DNA of 64,000 nucleotides from Patescibacteria group bacterium (GTDB lineage Bacteria; Patescibacteriota; Minisyncoccia; Phycocordibacterales; UBA9973), in assembly GCA_028868715.1 (NCBI GenBank), contig JAGWUB010000001.1, positions 53,480 to 117,479 on the forward strand. The letters are read 5' to 3'. The notes under the pieces are model-generated. The model made no database searches. It was not told the origin of the DNA and worked only from the letters and a program-made list of their open reading frames with translations. Shown piece by piece: positions 36,683 through 45,932 of this stretch. Made by a program: the position numbers and the translations under genes. Each line of letters opens with the position of its first letter. Within the stretch, counting starts at the first letter, position 1.

Positions 36683-36700
36683 GTTGTTTGTGTTATATGA

Positions 36701-37648
36701 TTAACCTTTATTATGAAACCTTTTATATATGTCCCGCAAATGTTTGTCAGTCACGTGAGTGTAGATCTGAGTGGTGCCTATGTTGGCATGACCCAAGATG
36801 GCTTGCACCGAACGCAGGTCTGCGCCGTTACTCAGTAGATCCGTCGCGAAGCAATGTCGTATCACGTGTGGGGTAACTTTTTTTGAAATGCCTGACTTGA
36901 TGGCATGCTGTTTTACAATTCTTTCTATGGATCTACGAGTAAGTGGATTAATATTTTTGTTTTTTATAACCGCGCCCTTACTCAAAGATTTTTTTGATAT
37001 TTCATTTGGCACTTGTAAAAACAACGCTTCGCTCATGTCTTTGCGAGCTGTTAAATAATTTTTTAAATATTTTTTCGCGTTGGGGGATATAAACACCACG
37101 CGTACTTTACCACCTTTCCCACGAATAGATAACTCTTCCGAGGACAAGTCTATGTCGGCAGTCAAAGAACACAATTCTGAAACACGTAGTCCAGTAGAAA
37201 ATAAAAGTTCTAGAATTGCTTTATCGCGCAGATCTTTTAGGTCACTACCTTTTGGTGAGTCTAGCAATCTATTTAGTTCAGCTGGAGTGATCAAGTCCAA
37301 AGAACGTTCACTGACTTTGGCTAGTTCGATGCGTTCAGCTGGGAGTGACTTCACTTCTTGTCTTGCCAAATATTTTAAAAATGCGCGCAGTGCAATGAGA
37401 TAATAATTTTGAGTTTTTTTTGTTAAAGTTTCTCCCTTGGCTTTGGCATTTCCAGCGCTCTGCCGATTGAGCCAGAGACGAAATTCGCGCACGGAAGTAT
37501 CGGTGATATTGGCCGGGTTATCATTTTTAGAAAATTCTAAAAACCGAGATAAGTAGTGGTCGTAATTTCGAACAGTGTGTAGTGACCGTCCTTTTTCTAT
37601 TTCAGTATATTCCAAAAACTGAGTTTTTAATTGTTTGAGGGAAGCCAT
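36701..37648 (-). CDS. XerC/D-type tyrosine recombinase
   Basis: STGLRVSEL, GKGGKVR, PHVIRHCFAT, LGHANIGTTQIYTHV. Confidence 0.92.
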   Translation of the reverse strand: MASLKQLKTQFLEYTEIEKGRSLHTVRNYDHYLSRFLEFSKNDNPANITDTSVREFRLWLNRQSAGNAKAKGETLTKKTQNYYLIALRAFLKYLARQEVKSLPAERIELAKVSERSLDLITPAELNRLLDSPKGSDLKDLRDKAILELLFSTGLRVSELCSLTADIDLSSEELSIRGKGGKVRVVFISPNAKKYLKNYLTARKDMSEALFLQVPNEISKKSLSKGAVIKNKNINPLTRRSIERIVKQHAIKSGISKKVTPHVIRHCFATDLLSNGADLRSVQAILGHANIGTTQIYTHVTDKHLRDIYKRFHNKG

Positions 37649-37725
37649 GAACCTATTCTACCATTTACCCGACGTCGCACAATATGGGATTGCAATTTTT
37701 GAGGTTTTATGTTAGTATGCAAAGC

Positions 37726-37989
37726 ATGTTAGCTACGAAGAAAAAACAGACAATTATAAAGAAGAATCAAATTCATGATAAAGATACCGGCTCTCCAGAG
37801 GTGCAGGTAGCTGTAATTTCTGCTGCGATTGACGAACTTGCAAAGCATTTAAAGAAACATAAAAAAGACAATCATTCTCGAAGAGGACTTATAAAAATGG
37901 TGGCAGATAGACGCACTCATTTAAAATATTTAGAGCGAACAAACAAGCCTCGCTACAATGCTCTCATGAAGAAAATGGATCTAGCTTAG
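37726..37989 (+). CDS. rpsO: 30S ribosomal protein S15
   Basis: DTGSPEVQVA, HKKDNHSRRGL. Start moved to ATG 37726. Confidence 0.96.
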   Translation: MLATKKKQTIIKKNQIHDKDTGSPEVQVAVISAAIDELAKHLKKHKKDNHSRRGLIKMVADRRTHLKYLERTNKPRYNALMKKMDLA

Positions 37990-38035
37990 TTTTTGAACAA
38001 TTTTTCTCTTCTTCTCTTTGTGGTACAATTTAATA

Positions 38036-38482
38036 ATGAATAGTATTCATTACAGGGGTCCCTTTGTATTTTTTTCAATCATAGTCGTAGTGATGCTTGG
38101 AGGAATCGCTTACTTATATTTTCATAACTATACTCCAACTAATAATGTTTTTTGGTTAGATGCCTCTCTAGAAGTAACTACAGATTGGGGTTCTTGTCCG
38201 TCTACTTTTCCATGCTATGAAACTTATTTATTAAATCAAGATGGAAATGTTTTTCATAACAATGAGCAAAGAGGGTCATTGCCGACAACGCAAACAAAGG
38301 AAGTTATCCAAAAAGCTTACAACTTTTATAAGGACAACAAGTGTACTCCTATTTTTGAGACAAAGGTGACTCAAAACTATAAGTTAAAAATAGATGGAAA
38401 CACTTATGAATTTGGAGGTACGCAGGGATGTGAAGAAATGCAAAGTATTATGAATACTTTTGTAGAGTCGATTAATAAATAA
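38036..38482 (+). CDS. Hypothetical membrane-anchored protein with paired Cys
   Basis: N-terminal TM, WGSCPSTFPCY; ATG follows a TACAAT -10. Confidence 0.6.
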   Translation: MNSIHYRGPFVFFSIIVVVMLGGIAYLYFHNYTPTNNVFWLDASLEVTTDWGSCPSTFPCYETYLLNQDGNVFHNNEQRGSLPTTQTKEVIQKAYNFYKDNKCTPIFETKVTQNYKLKIDGNTYEFGGTQGCEEMQSIMNTFVESINK

Positions 38483-38505
38483 TTAAGTAATATATAAATA
38501 AAAAT

Positions 38506-39021
38506 ATGACAGTAATAAAACATAAAGAACAGAGAGTTGGAGTTTTCATTGATACCCAAAATTTGTATCATTGCGCTCGCAACTTGTACAAGGCACGAGT
38601 TAATTTCGGAGCCGTTTTAAAAGATGCCGTAGCCGGCAGAAAGCTCGTGCGCGCCGTCGCTTATGTCATCACCACTGAAGCCGGTGATGAAAAGAACTTT
38701 TTTGAAGCATTAGGCAAACTAGGCATTGAAACTAAAACTAAAGATTTACAAATTTTCGCCGGTGGAAGTAAAAAAGCCGATTGGGATGTGGGGCTAGCCG
38801 TGGATGCAATCAAAATGTCACCTAGGCTGGACTCAGTGGTAATAGTTTCCGGAGATGGAGACTTTGTGCCACTAGTAGAGTATTTACAGACTATTGGGGT
38901 ACAAGTAGAAGTCGTTTCATTTGGTAAATCAACCTCTGGTAAGCTTCGTGAGGCAGTAGACGACTTTGTGGACCTAGGAGAAAATCCAAGAAAATATCTA
39001 ATAGGTTCTCTTTCTAGGTAA
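38506..39021 (+). CDS. NYN domain (LabA/DUF88) protein
   Basis: FIDTQNLY, KADWDVGLAVD, SGDGDFVPL. Confidence 0.9.
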   Translation: MTVIKHKEQRVGVFIDTQNLYHCARNLYKARVNFGAVLKDAVAGRKLVRAVAYVITTEAGDEKNFFEALGKLGIETKTKDLQIFAGGSKKADWDVGLAVDAIKMSPRLDSVVIVSGDGDFVPLVEYLQTIGVQVEVVSFGKSTSGKLREAVDDFVDLGENPRKYLIGSLSR

Positions 39022-39092
39022 ACAACTGACAAAGTGGTATAAAAAAGGAATAGTTATCGGAATTTAAAAACTAAATTTTATATAATATAAAA

Positions 39093-41684
39093 ATGCCTCA
39101 AGAGAACGAAAAATCAGACTCCGAACTAAAAAATATTGTGCAAAAAGCCATGGCAGATATACGTTCTGCGAGAGGAGAGAGAGAAACTCAAAAAGACATT
39201 GTCGGTAAACCTATTTTGATTCCTGCTGATAAAAACATAGATCAAAAAATTGATGCTAGAAGAGAAAGAATGGAGAGATGGAAAAAGCAAGCTATGGAAA
39301 AAGGGAGTGGAACTCCCACTTCTCATATTGAAGCGGAAAAGACAGTGAGGGTCATGCGCTCGAATGGGGAAATAGAGGACGGATGGAAGCTGGTGAATAT
39401 AGTAGATGGATCAGCTATTGTAACAAAAAAAGATAGAAAGTCTGGGAAATTATTGAGAAAAGTAATTTCTGAAGCTGAGCTTGAAATGTTTAACGCGAAA
39501 GACTTTGATAAAGAGGTCTCAGAGCTTCCTAAAAACGAAGAACCTGTGCCATCTCCACAACCTGAACTAGAACCAATAGAAGGAAGTTTGTCGGAAGATA
39601 TTTTAAATGATGCAAGGCAAAAATATGCCGAAGAATACAAAAAATTCATGGCTAGTGCTGGAAAGCTAACCAAATGGAAAAGAGCTCTGGTGGGAGTAAC
39701 AGTAAAAGATTCAAAAATCCCTCCAGAATTGAAAAAATTAGAAGAAGATTATAATGGGGCTGCAGTAGTTTTGGGTAGGGAAATGTATGATAAGAAATTT
39801 AAGGAATTAGAATTAGATAATCTTAATCTGCCAAAAAAATTATATGAGGAGAGGGTTGTTGCATTGGAACAATATAAACAAAAGGAAATTTTTACTAAAA
39901 TAATAATTCAGGAGCAAGAAGAACTAGCAAAGCTTGAAGTAAAAAACCTACCTCCAAAAGAAAAGGGAATAGTTGGGAAGAGTTGGAACTGGTATTTAAA
40001 ACAACCAAGATGGAAAAAACTGGCAATGACCACAGCCTTATCGGTAGGAGTTTTTGCTATAGTTGCTCCTGGCACCATAGCTGCAGCCGGAGGGCTTACT
40101 GCTTTTGCTACTATCAGAGCCGTGCGCGGAATAGCAGGAAGCGTGGTAGGGCAAACTGCCGCTAAATCTATCGACTGGCTATTTAAAGATAAATCTACTG
40201 AAAGAAGAATTCAAGACGAGAAAGATTTGGCTGAAGAGTTCGGGCAAGCGCTTGATTATGCTGATCTTAATCATGAAGATATAAAACATATTAAGGATTC
40301 ACATGCCAAAGCTTTAAAATTTGAACAAATGAGTAAAAAGGCAAGGATCTTAGCAAAAGCCGGAGTCGGTTTGTTTGCGGGTGGATTGGCGTCGGCTGGA
40401 GCAGGTGGATTGGCGTCGGCTGGAGCCGATTATATGTTTCATGGTAGTACTCCAGAAATATTTACTCCTGGATTAACTAAACCCGGAGAAATTCCTCCAC
40501 AGACAGAAACACCATCTTCGACACCAGAAGCTAATATTCCAAAAGCTCCTTCTCTCCCAAATGAGATGCCCACAACAAAGCCTGGAGTGACGCTCGAAAA
40601 TGCCGTAGTCCACAAAGGACAAGGAATTGAAAATGCATTTATAAAACAAATTGAAACGAATCCAAAACTTGCCCAAGATTTAGGATTCAAAGGCGATATA
40701 AACGACACTAAGGCGTTGCATTTATTTGCTGGAAATGAAGCTCACAACATTGCGCTAAAGACTGGTTATGCTGACGCAGCCGGAAATGAAATCCGAGTCA
40801 CCGGAGGAGACAAGGTCGCTTACGAGCTAAAGATGGAAAATGGAAAAATTGTAGTAGATGAAAAATCACTCGATGGAAAAATAATAGAAACCCATCACGA
40901 AGGAGATAAATTTGAAACAAAATTAAATGATTACGAATATAAAAAAGGTGCACCGGTTGTAGAAAATAAACCTGCAGGTCAACACCAAGTTGAATACAAA
41001 CATACTCCACTCGAACAGCATAAAATAGAAACAATTCATCAAGATTTGCTGGAAAAATATAACAGGCCTCAACACAACATTGTAGATCATAGTTCTCAGC
41101 CAGATCATATTACCAAAACTAGGATAAATGAATTTAAAACGGGAACCACAGAATTTAAAACGGGCACGACGGTAATGGAAACTGGAACGACGATCAAAAC
41201 AGGCACAGAAATACGAACAGGGGTGAGGCCAACAACTGAAACTATGCAAACTCCCAAAGGCGCACCCACACCTGAAGAAATAAAGGCAAAAGTTGAACCT
41301 ATAACCCAAAAAACAATTATAGATACTAACCCTAAAATAAAAGGAACTCCTTTTGAGCAAAATTCTTATAAACTAAGTCCCGAACAATTAAATAAAGTTT
41401 ACGAAACTCATACCAAAAATATAAATTTTATTGCTTCTAAGAATGATTGGGGTTATGAAGGACCAGCAAGCGCCAAAAACTTTGTCGGCACAAAACCTAT
41501 CGAAAATGATGCCTTGGTCCCATACTTAAATAAGTTATTAAAACTTACTGGAGAAAAACCTACCATCTTGCTGACTCTGACTGGACCAAAAGATGAAACA
41601 GTAGAACAATACATGACTAGAGTTTTACAAATCGCAGTCCAAAGAGGAACGCCAATCGATCAATTACAAATAGAAAATCGATAA
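39093..41684 (+). CDS. Large hypothetical protein with central hydrophobic segments
   Basis: 863-aa ORF with a charged N-terminus, Gly/Ala-rich hydrophobic segments, a 24-bp tandem repeat at about 40380-40427 and xTGT repeats. Confidence 0.75.
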   Translation: MPQENEKSDSELKNIVQKAMADIRSARGERETQKDIVGKPILIPADKNIDQKIDARRERMERWKKQAMEKGSGTPTSHIEAEKTVRVMRSNGEIEDGWKLVNIVDGSAIVTKKDRKSGKLLRKVISEAELEMFNAKDFDKEVSELPKNEEPVPSPQPELEPIEGSLSEDILNDARQKYAEEYKKFMASAGKLTKWKRALVGVTVKDSKIPPELKKLEEDYNGAAVVLGREMYDKKFKELELDNLNLPKKLYEERVVALEQYKQKEIFTKIIIQEQEELAKLEVKNLPPKEKGIVGKSWNWYLKQPRWKKLAMTTALSVGVFAIVAPGTIAAAGGLTAFATIRAVRGIAGSVVGQTAAKSIDWLFKDKSTERRIQDEKDLAEEFGQALDYADLNHEDIKHIKDSHAKALKFEQMSKKARILAKAGVGLFAGGLASAGAGGLASAGADYMFHGSTPEIFTPGLTKPGEIPPQTETPSSTPEANIPKAPSLPNEMPTTKPGVTLENAVVHKGQGIENAFIKQIETNPKLAQDLGFKGDINDTKALHLFAGNEAHNIALKTGYADAAGNEIRVTGGDKVAYELKMENGKIVVDEKSLDGKIIETHHEGDKFETKLNDYEYKKGAPVVENKPAGQHQVEYKHTPLEQHKIETIHQDLLEKYNRPQHNIVDHSSQPDHITKTRINEFKTGTTEFKTGTTVMETGTTIKTGTEIRTGVRPTTETMQTPKGAPTPEEIKAKVEPITQKTIIDTNPKIKGTPFEQNSYKLSPEQLNKVYETHTKNINFIASKNDWGYEGPASAKNFVGTKPIENDALVPYLNKLLKLTGEKPTILLTLTGPKDETVEQYMTRVLQIAVQRGTPIDQLQIENR

Positions 41685-41709
41685 AAAAATTATTATTAAC
41701 AAAAAATTT

Positions 41710-42015
41710 ATGAATCCAATTCAAAAAAACATTACTAGCGCGTTAGACTTAAACAAGCTTCCACTCCAAGAACAGCAAGAAATCATAATGCGAGTCGGGG
41801 CCATCATTTACCAAAATGTATTGATGCGAGTCTTGGAAACAATGTCTGAATCCGAACAAGATGAGTTTGAAAAACTACTCGACAGCAATGCCAAGCCTGA
41901 AGAGGTATTTGCATTTTTAAAAAACAAAGTAGAAAATTTTGAAGAAATAATAGATGAAGAAGCTTTTAAATTTAAAACCAAGTCAGACAACATAATGAGT
42001 CAAATAGGAAACTAG
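41710..42015 (+). CDS. Small acidic helical hypothetical protein (DUF5663-like)
   Basis: LDLNKLPLQEQQEII...MSESEQDEFEKLL; family assignment from memory. Confidence 0.6.
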   Translation: MNPIQKNITSALDLNKLPLQEQQEIIMRVGAIIYQNVLMRVLETMSESEQDEFEKLLDSNAKPEEVFAFLKNKVENFEEIIDEEAFKFKTKSDNIMSQIGN

Positions 42016-42035
42016 TTCTATGCTATATTAGAGGC

Positions 42036-44087
42036 ATGGATCATTTGCAGGGTTTAAATATTAAGCAAAGAGAGGCGGCACTTCACCTGAAGGGTCCGCT
42101 TTTGATTGTGGCTGGAGCAGGAGCTGGTAAAACCAAGACTATAACCCATAGAATCGTGAATTTGATCAAAGAAGGAGTGTCTCCGGATAAAATTTTAGCT
42201 GTAACCTTTACGAATAAAGCCGCCAAGGAAATGCGTGAGCGAGTTATCTCGGAAATAAAGAAAAATTCTAACGGAGTGGCAGAACAAAATAGTACCCCTT
42301 TTGTCAGCACTTTTCACTCCTTGGGGGTATATATAATCAAGGAAAATGCAAGAATTCTGGGATTGACCAAGTATTTCACTATTTTAGATGAGGGAGATGC
42401 CACAAATATGATAAAAGAAATCCTAAAAGAGCTTGGGATAGATCCAAAACAATATGAACCCAAGAAAATCAAAAATATAATTTCAAGAGAAAAGGGAAAA
42501 TTCATATATTTAGCCGATTATACTGAAAGGGAAAATAGTCCCATGGGTGGAACTATGGGCAAACTGGTAGCCCAAGTTTGGGGATTATATGAAAAGAAAA
42601 AAATAAAGGAAAATGCGCTTGATTTTGACGATTTACTCTTGAAATCGACCAAATTACTCAAGGAAAACCTAGAGATTCGAAAAATTTATCAAGAACGCTG
42701 GGAATATATCCATATTGATGAGTACCAAGACACCAATGAAGTCCAGTATTTGATGTCAAAATTACTCTCAGAGAATAATAAAAACATAGTAGTAGTGGGA
42801 GATGCGGATCAAAATATTTATTCTTGGCGTGGAGCAAATTTAAAAAACATCTTAAATTTTGAAAAAGATTATCCAGATGCAAAGATAATAATGCTAGAAG
42901 AAAATTATCGATCAACCAAAAATATCTTAGAAGCAGCCAACGTGGTGATTAAAAAAAATGTATATAGGCCAGATAAAAATTTATTTACGAAAAATGAAGC
43001 TGGAGAAAAAATAGGACTCTATGAAGCGTTGGACGAAGTGGATGAGGCAGACTTCATCGCCACAAAAATTTTAGAAATTATAGACAGCCGAGAAAATTTT
43101 TCAGGGCGGGGTCTCTCGCAGGCTGACGAGCCGAGAGGGAGCGCTGAGCCAGTAGGATCAGACAGCGACCCCGCAGTGAAAGAGTTTTCTCGGCTGTCAC
43201 AAATTGCAGTTCTGTATCGAGCAAATTTCCAATCACGAGCGATAGAGGAAGCGATGTTGAAATATAATATTCCATATCAAGTTTTGGGTGTGAAGTTTTT
43301 TGAAAGAAGAGAGATTAAAGACACTCTAGCTTATTTGCGTGCTGCCTTAAACCCACAAAGTTTATCTGACATAAAAAGAATAATAAATTTCCCAGCTCGA
43401 GGCATAGGCAAAGTTACTTTAGCAAAAATTTTTGCAGGAGACACCGAAAATCTTCCAATAAAAATGCGAATTAAAATTGATAATTTTTATAAAATCCTAG
43501 AAGAAATAAAAGAGAAAATACAAAGTGAAAAGGCAAGTCAAGTAATAAAATTTGTAGTTAAAAAATCTGGAATTGAAAATGAATTAAAGAATGGCACCGA
43601 AGAAGAAGTGGAGCGATTGGAAAACATAAAAGAGCTAGCTACGCTGGCGCTCAAATATGACAATCTGGCAAATGGTGCTGGAATTGAAAAGCTTTTAGAG
43701 GACGCCTCGCTGGCATCAGACCAAGACAGCATAATGGTCAATCAAGAAAAAGTTGAAAAAAAAGTTGTGGATGCAGTAAAATTAATGACCGTGCATGCGG
43801 CAAAAGGGCTTGAATTTAAATACGTTTTTGTGGCTGGATTAGAAGATGGACTTTTCCCTTATCAGAGATATGATAGCGCCGAAGAGACAGACAGAGAAGA
43901 AGAGCGCCGACTTTTTTACGTGGCGATAACCAGAGCGAAGGAAAAATTATTTTTATCTTTTGCAAATTTCAGAACTATTTTTGGATCACGTCAGATAAAT
44001 ACGCCGTCAGAATTTATTTCTGACATCCCACCAGATATAATAGAAGCAGAAGGAGAAAAAACAGGAATAAAAACAATTTACATATAA
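42036..44087 (+). CDS. pcrA: UvrD/PcrA DNA helicase (with in-frame palindromic insertion)
   Basis: AGAGAGKT, TFTNKAA, DEYQDTN, GDADQNIY, NYRS, TVHAAKGLEF, EERRLFYVAITRA. Confidence 0.95.
   Translation: MDHLQGLNIKQREAALHLKGPLLIVAGAGAGKTKTITHRIVNLIKEGVSPDKILAVTFTNKAAKEMRERVISEIKKNSNGVAEQNSTPFVSTFHSLGVYIIKENARILGLTKYFTILDEGDATNMIKEILKELGIDPKQYEPKKIKNIISREKGKFIYLADYTERENSPMGGTMGKLVAQVWGLYEKKKIKENALDFDDLLLKSTKLLKENLEIRKIYQERWEYIHIDEYQDTNEVQYLMSKLLSENNKNIVVVGDADQNIYSWRGANLKNILNFEKDYPDAKIIMLEENYRSTKNILEAANVVIKKNVYRPDKNLFTKNEAGEKIGLYEALDEVDEADFIATKILEIIDSRENFSGRGLSQADEPRGSAEPVGSDSDPAVKEFSRLSQIAVLYRANFQSRAIEEAMLKYNIPYQVLGVKFFERREIKDTLAYLRAALNPQSLSDIKRIINFPARGIGKVTLAKIFAGDTENLPIKMRIKIDNFYKILEEIKEKIQSEKASQVIKFVVKKSGIENELKNGTEEEVERLENIKELATLALKYDNLANGAGIEKLLEDASLASDQDSIMVNQEKVEKKVVDAVKLMTVHAAKGLEFKYVFVAGLEDGLFPYQRYDSAEETDREEERRLFYVAITRAKEKLFLSFANFRTIFGSRQINTPSEFISDIPPDIIEAEGEKTGIKTIYI
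43083..43198. mobile_element. Intragenic palindromic (MITE/RPE-like) element in pcrA
   Basis: 14-bp perfect inverted repeat GACAGCCGAGAAAA/TTTTCTCGGCTGTC with inner stem GCGGGGTC/GACCCCGC. GC-rich; adds a non-homologous peptide before IAVLYR. Confidence 0.7.
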
Positions 44088-44120
44088 TCTTATTTCAGCC
44101 ATGGCTGAAATAGTAAAATT

Positions 44121-44936
44121 ATGAAAGCAAAAAAATCATTGGGACAAAACTTTTTAAAATCTAGCCTAGCACTCAAAAAAATAATTGAGGCGGGAGAAAT
44201 AAAATCTACAGATTTGATTCTGGAAATAGGACCAGGGAAGGGGGCACTGACAGAAAAACTTTTGGCAGTGGCTGGTACGGTGGTCGCTGTAGAAAAAGAT
44301 CGTGAACTTTTTGAATTCCTAAAAATTAAATTTGAAAAAGAAATAAAGGCAAAAACTCTTATCCTCGTATGCGCTGATATTTTAAACTTCGCGGAACAAG
44401 ATTTTTATCAGTCGCTCGGGGATGAGCTTCGCTCAACCACTCCTTCTAAAACTTTTGTTCCGCTTCGTTATAAAGTGATCGCCAATATTCCTTACAACAT
44501 TACTGGAGCGATTTTGAAAAAATTTTTAACGAAAAAAAATCAACCTGACAGTATGATACTCATGGTTCAGCATGATGTGGCAAAAAGAATCATGGCCAAT
44601 GATAAAAAAGAGAGTATTTTATCAATTTCAGTGAAAGCATACGGGGAACCGAAGCTAATAATGAAGGTACCAGCGCGATATTTCTCACCAGCTCCAAAGG
44701 TAGACTCAGCAGTAATAGCGATAAAAAATATTTCTCATGAAATTTTCAAAAAAAATCAAATAAGTGAAGAAAAATTTTGGGAAATAGTAAAAACTGGCTT
44801 CGCCCACAAGCGAAAAAAGCTCTCTGGAAACCTAAAAAATACAACTTTTCTCAAAAAAAGTGTTTTAGCAAATTTTGGGGATAAACGGGCCGAAGATTTG
44901 TCACTTTTAGACTGGATAACACTGGCTAAAGTATAG
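44121..44936 (+). CDS. rsmA: 16S rRNA dimethyltransferase KsgA
   Basis: KKSLGQNFL, EIGPGKG, ANIPYNIT, PAPKVDS. Confidence 0.95.
   Translation: MKAKKSLGQNFLKSSLALKKIIEAGEIKSTDLILEIGPGKGALTEKLLAVAGTVVAVEKDRELFEFLKIKFEKEIKAKTLILVCADILNFAEQDFYQSLGDELRSTTPSKTFVPLRYKVIANIPYNITGAILKKFLTKKNQPDSMILMVQHDVAKRIMANDKKESILSISVKAYGEPKLIMKVPARYFSPAPKVDSAVIAIKNISHEIFKKNQISEEKFWEIVKTGFAHKRKKLSGNLKNTTFLKKSVLANFGDKRAEDLSLLDWITLAKV
44391..44463. mobile_element. Intragenic palindromic element in rsmA
   Basis: GCGGAACAA...TTGTTCCGC inverted repeat with inner TGAGC-TTC-GCTCA; extra peptide between DIL and KVIANIPY. Confidence 0.55.
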
Positions 44937-45016
44937 TTTGCTTTTTAAAAAGATGTTACAATATAAGCATAACTAAATTAGATTGGTTAAAACAAAAAAA
45001 GGTAATTTTTATAACC

Positions 45017-45880
45017 TTGGCGGTGGTTTTTGTCGTTGTGCTTTTTCTCACAAAAAACAAAACTTTCTTTACAAATACAAGACCAGATGGACTAGTTTAC
45101 AACGGAAATGAAAAAATTCAAGATTTAGTAAATAGGGACACTGATGGAGATGGTGTACCAGATTGGGAAGAATCTTTATATGGGACTGATCCGACTAAAA
45201 AATCCACTTTTGATGGCATTCCAGATGCCGTGTATATAGCCAAATTAAGTGGACAATCACCGCAAAATGGAGAAATAAACCTAAATATCAAAGGGCAGGA
45301 AAATTTGACGCAAACAGATCAGCTTTCCAGAGAGCTTTTTTCCAGTGTGGCGGCCTTAAATCAAGCTGGGGGTATAGACCAAAATGCCGTAGACCAATTA
45401 AGTAATTCCTTGGCTAGTAAGATACAAAACGGAGAAGCTAGAAAAATGTTTGTATATTCTGATGTTAGGGTTGGGAAAAGTGATAGTGTGCAGGCTATAA
45501 AAAATTATAATACCACGTTAAATAATATTTATTCTAAATATCCAATGAAATACACGATAGGTGATGTGCTGCAAAAATTTATTATTGATCAAAACAATGT
45601 CGACGAGAGTGTATTGCCACAATTCGATCCGATCATAAAACAGACAAACAATATCATAAATGATATGTCTAAAATGGATGTGCCGCCAAGTTTAGCATAT
45701 CTGCACTTAGATACGTTAAATAAATTAGAAAAAGTATACGAAAATGTCACTGACATTAGACAATACAGCACAGACATAGTTGTAGCTATGAGTGGTATCA
45801 GCCAATATCAGACAAGCGCCGATAATTTAGTTTCCAGCACAAATAATCTGGCTAGTGCCATAGAAAATAGATTGAAATAA
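45017..45880 (+). CDS. Membrane-anchored protein with DxDGDG Ca-binding (TSP3-like) motif
   Basis: TM followed by DTDGDGVPDWEE..YGTDP. Confidence 0.7.
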   Translation: MAVVFVVVLFLTKNKTFFTNTRPDGLVYNGNEKIQDLVNRDTDGDGVPDWEESLYGTDPTKKSTFDGIPDAVYIAKLSGQSPQNGEINLNIKGQENLTQTDQLSRELFSSVAALNQAGGIDQNAVDQLSNSLASKIQNGEARKMFVYSDVRVGKSDSVQAIKNYNTTLNNIYSKYPMKYTIGDVLQKFIIDQNNVDESVLPQFDPIIKQTNNIINDMSKMDVPPSLAYLHLDTLNKLEKVYENVTDIRQYSTDIVVAMSGISQYQTSADNLVSSTNNLASAIENRLK

Positions 45881-45932
45881 TTGCTATTAGGGCTTCATTA
45901 TAAGGTAAATACAGGATATAATATAAATAAAA

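Noticed and set aside
36701-37648. Tyrosine recombinase as a prophage or integron integrase
   Set aside because: It has housekeeping XerC/D-like motifs, is flanked by xth and rpsO, and has no phage genes or cassette array nearby.
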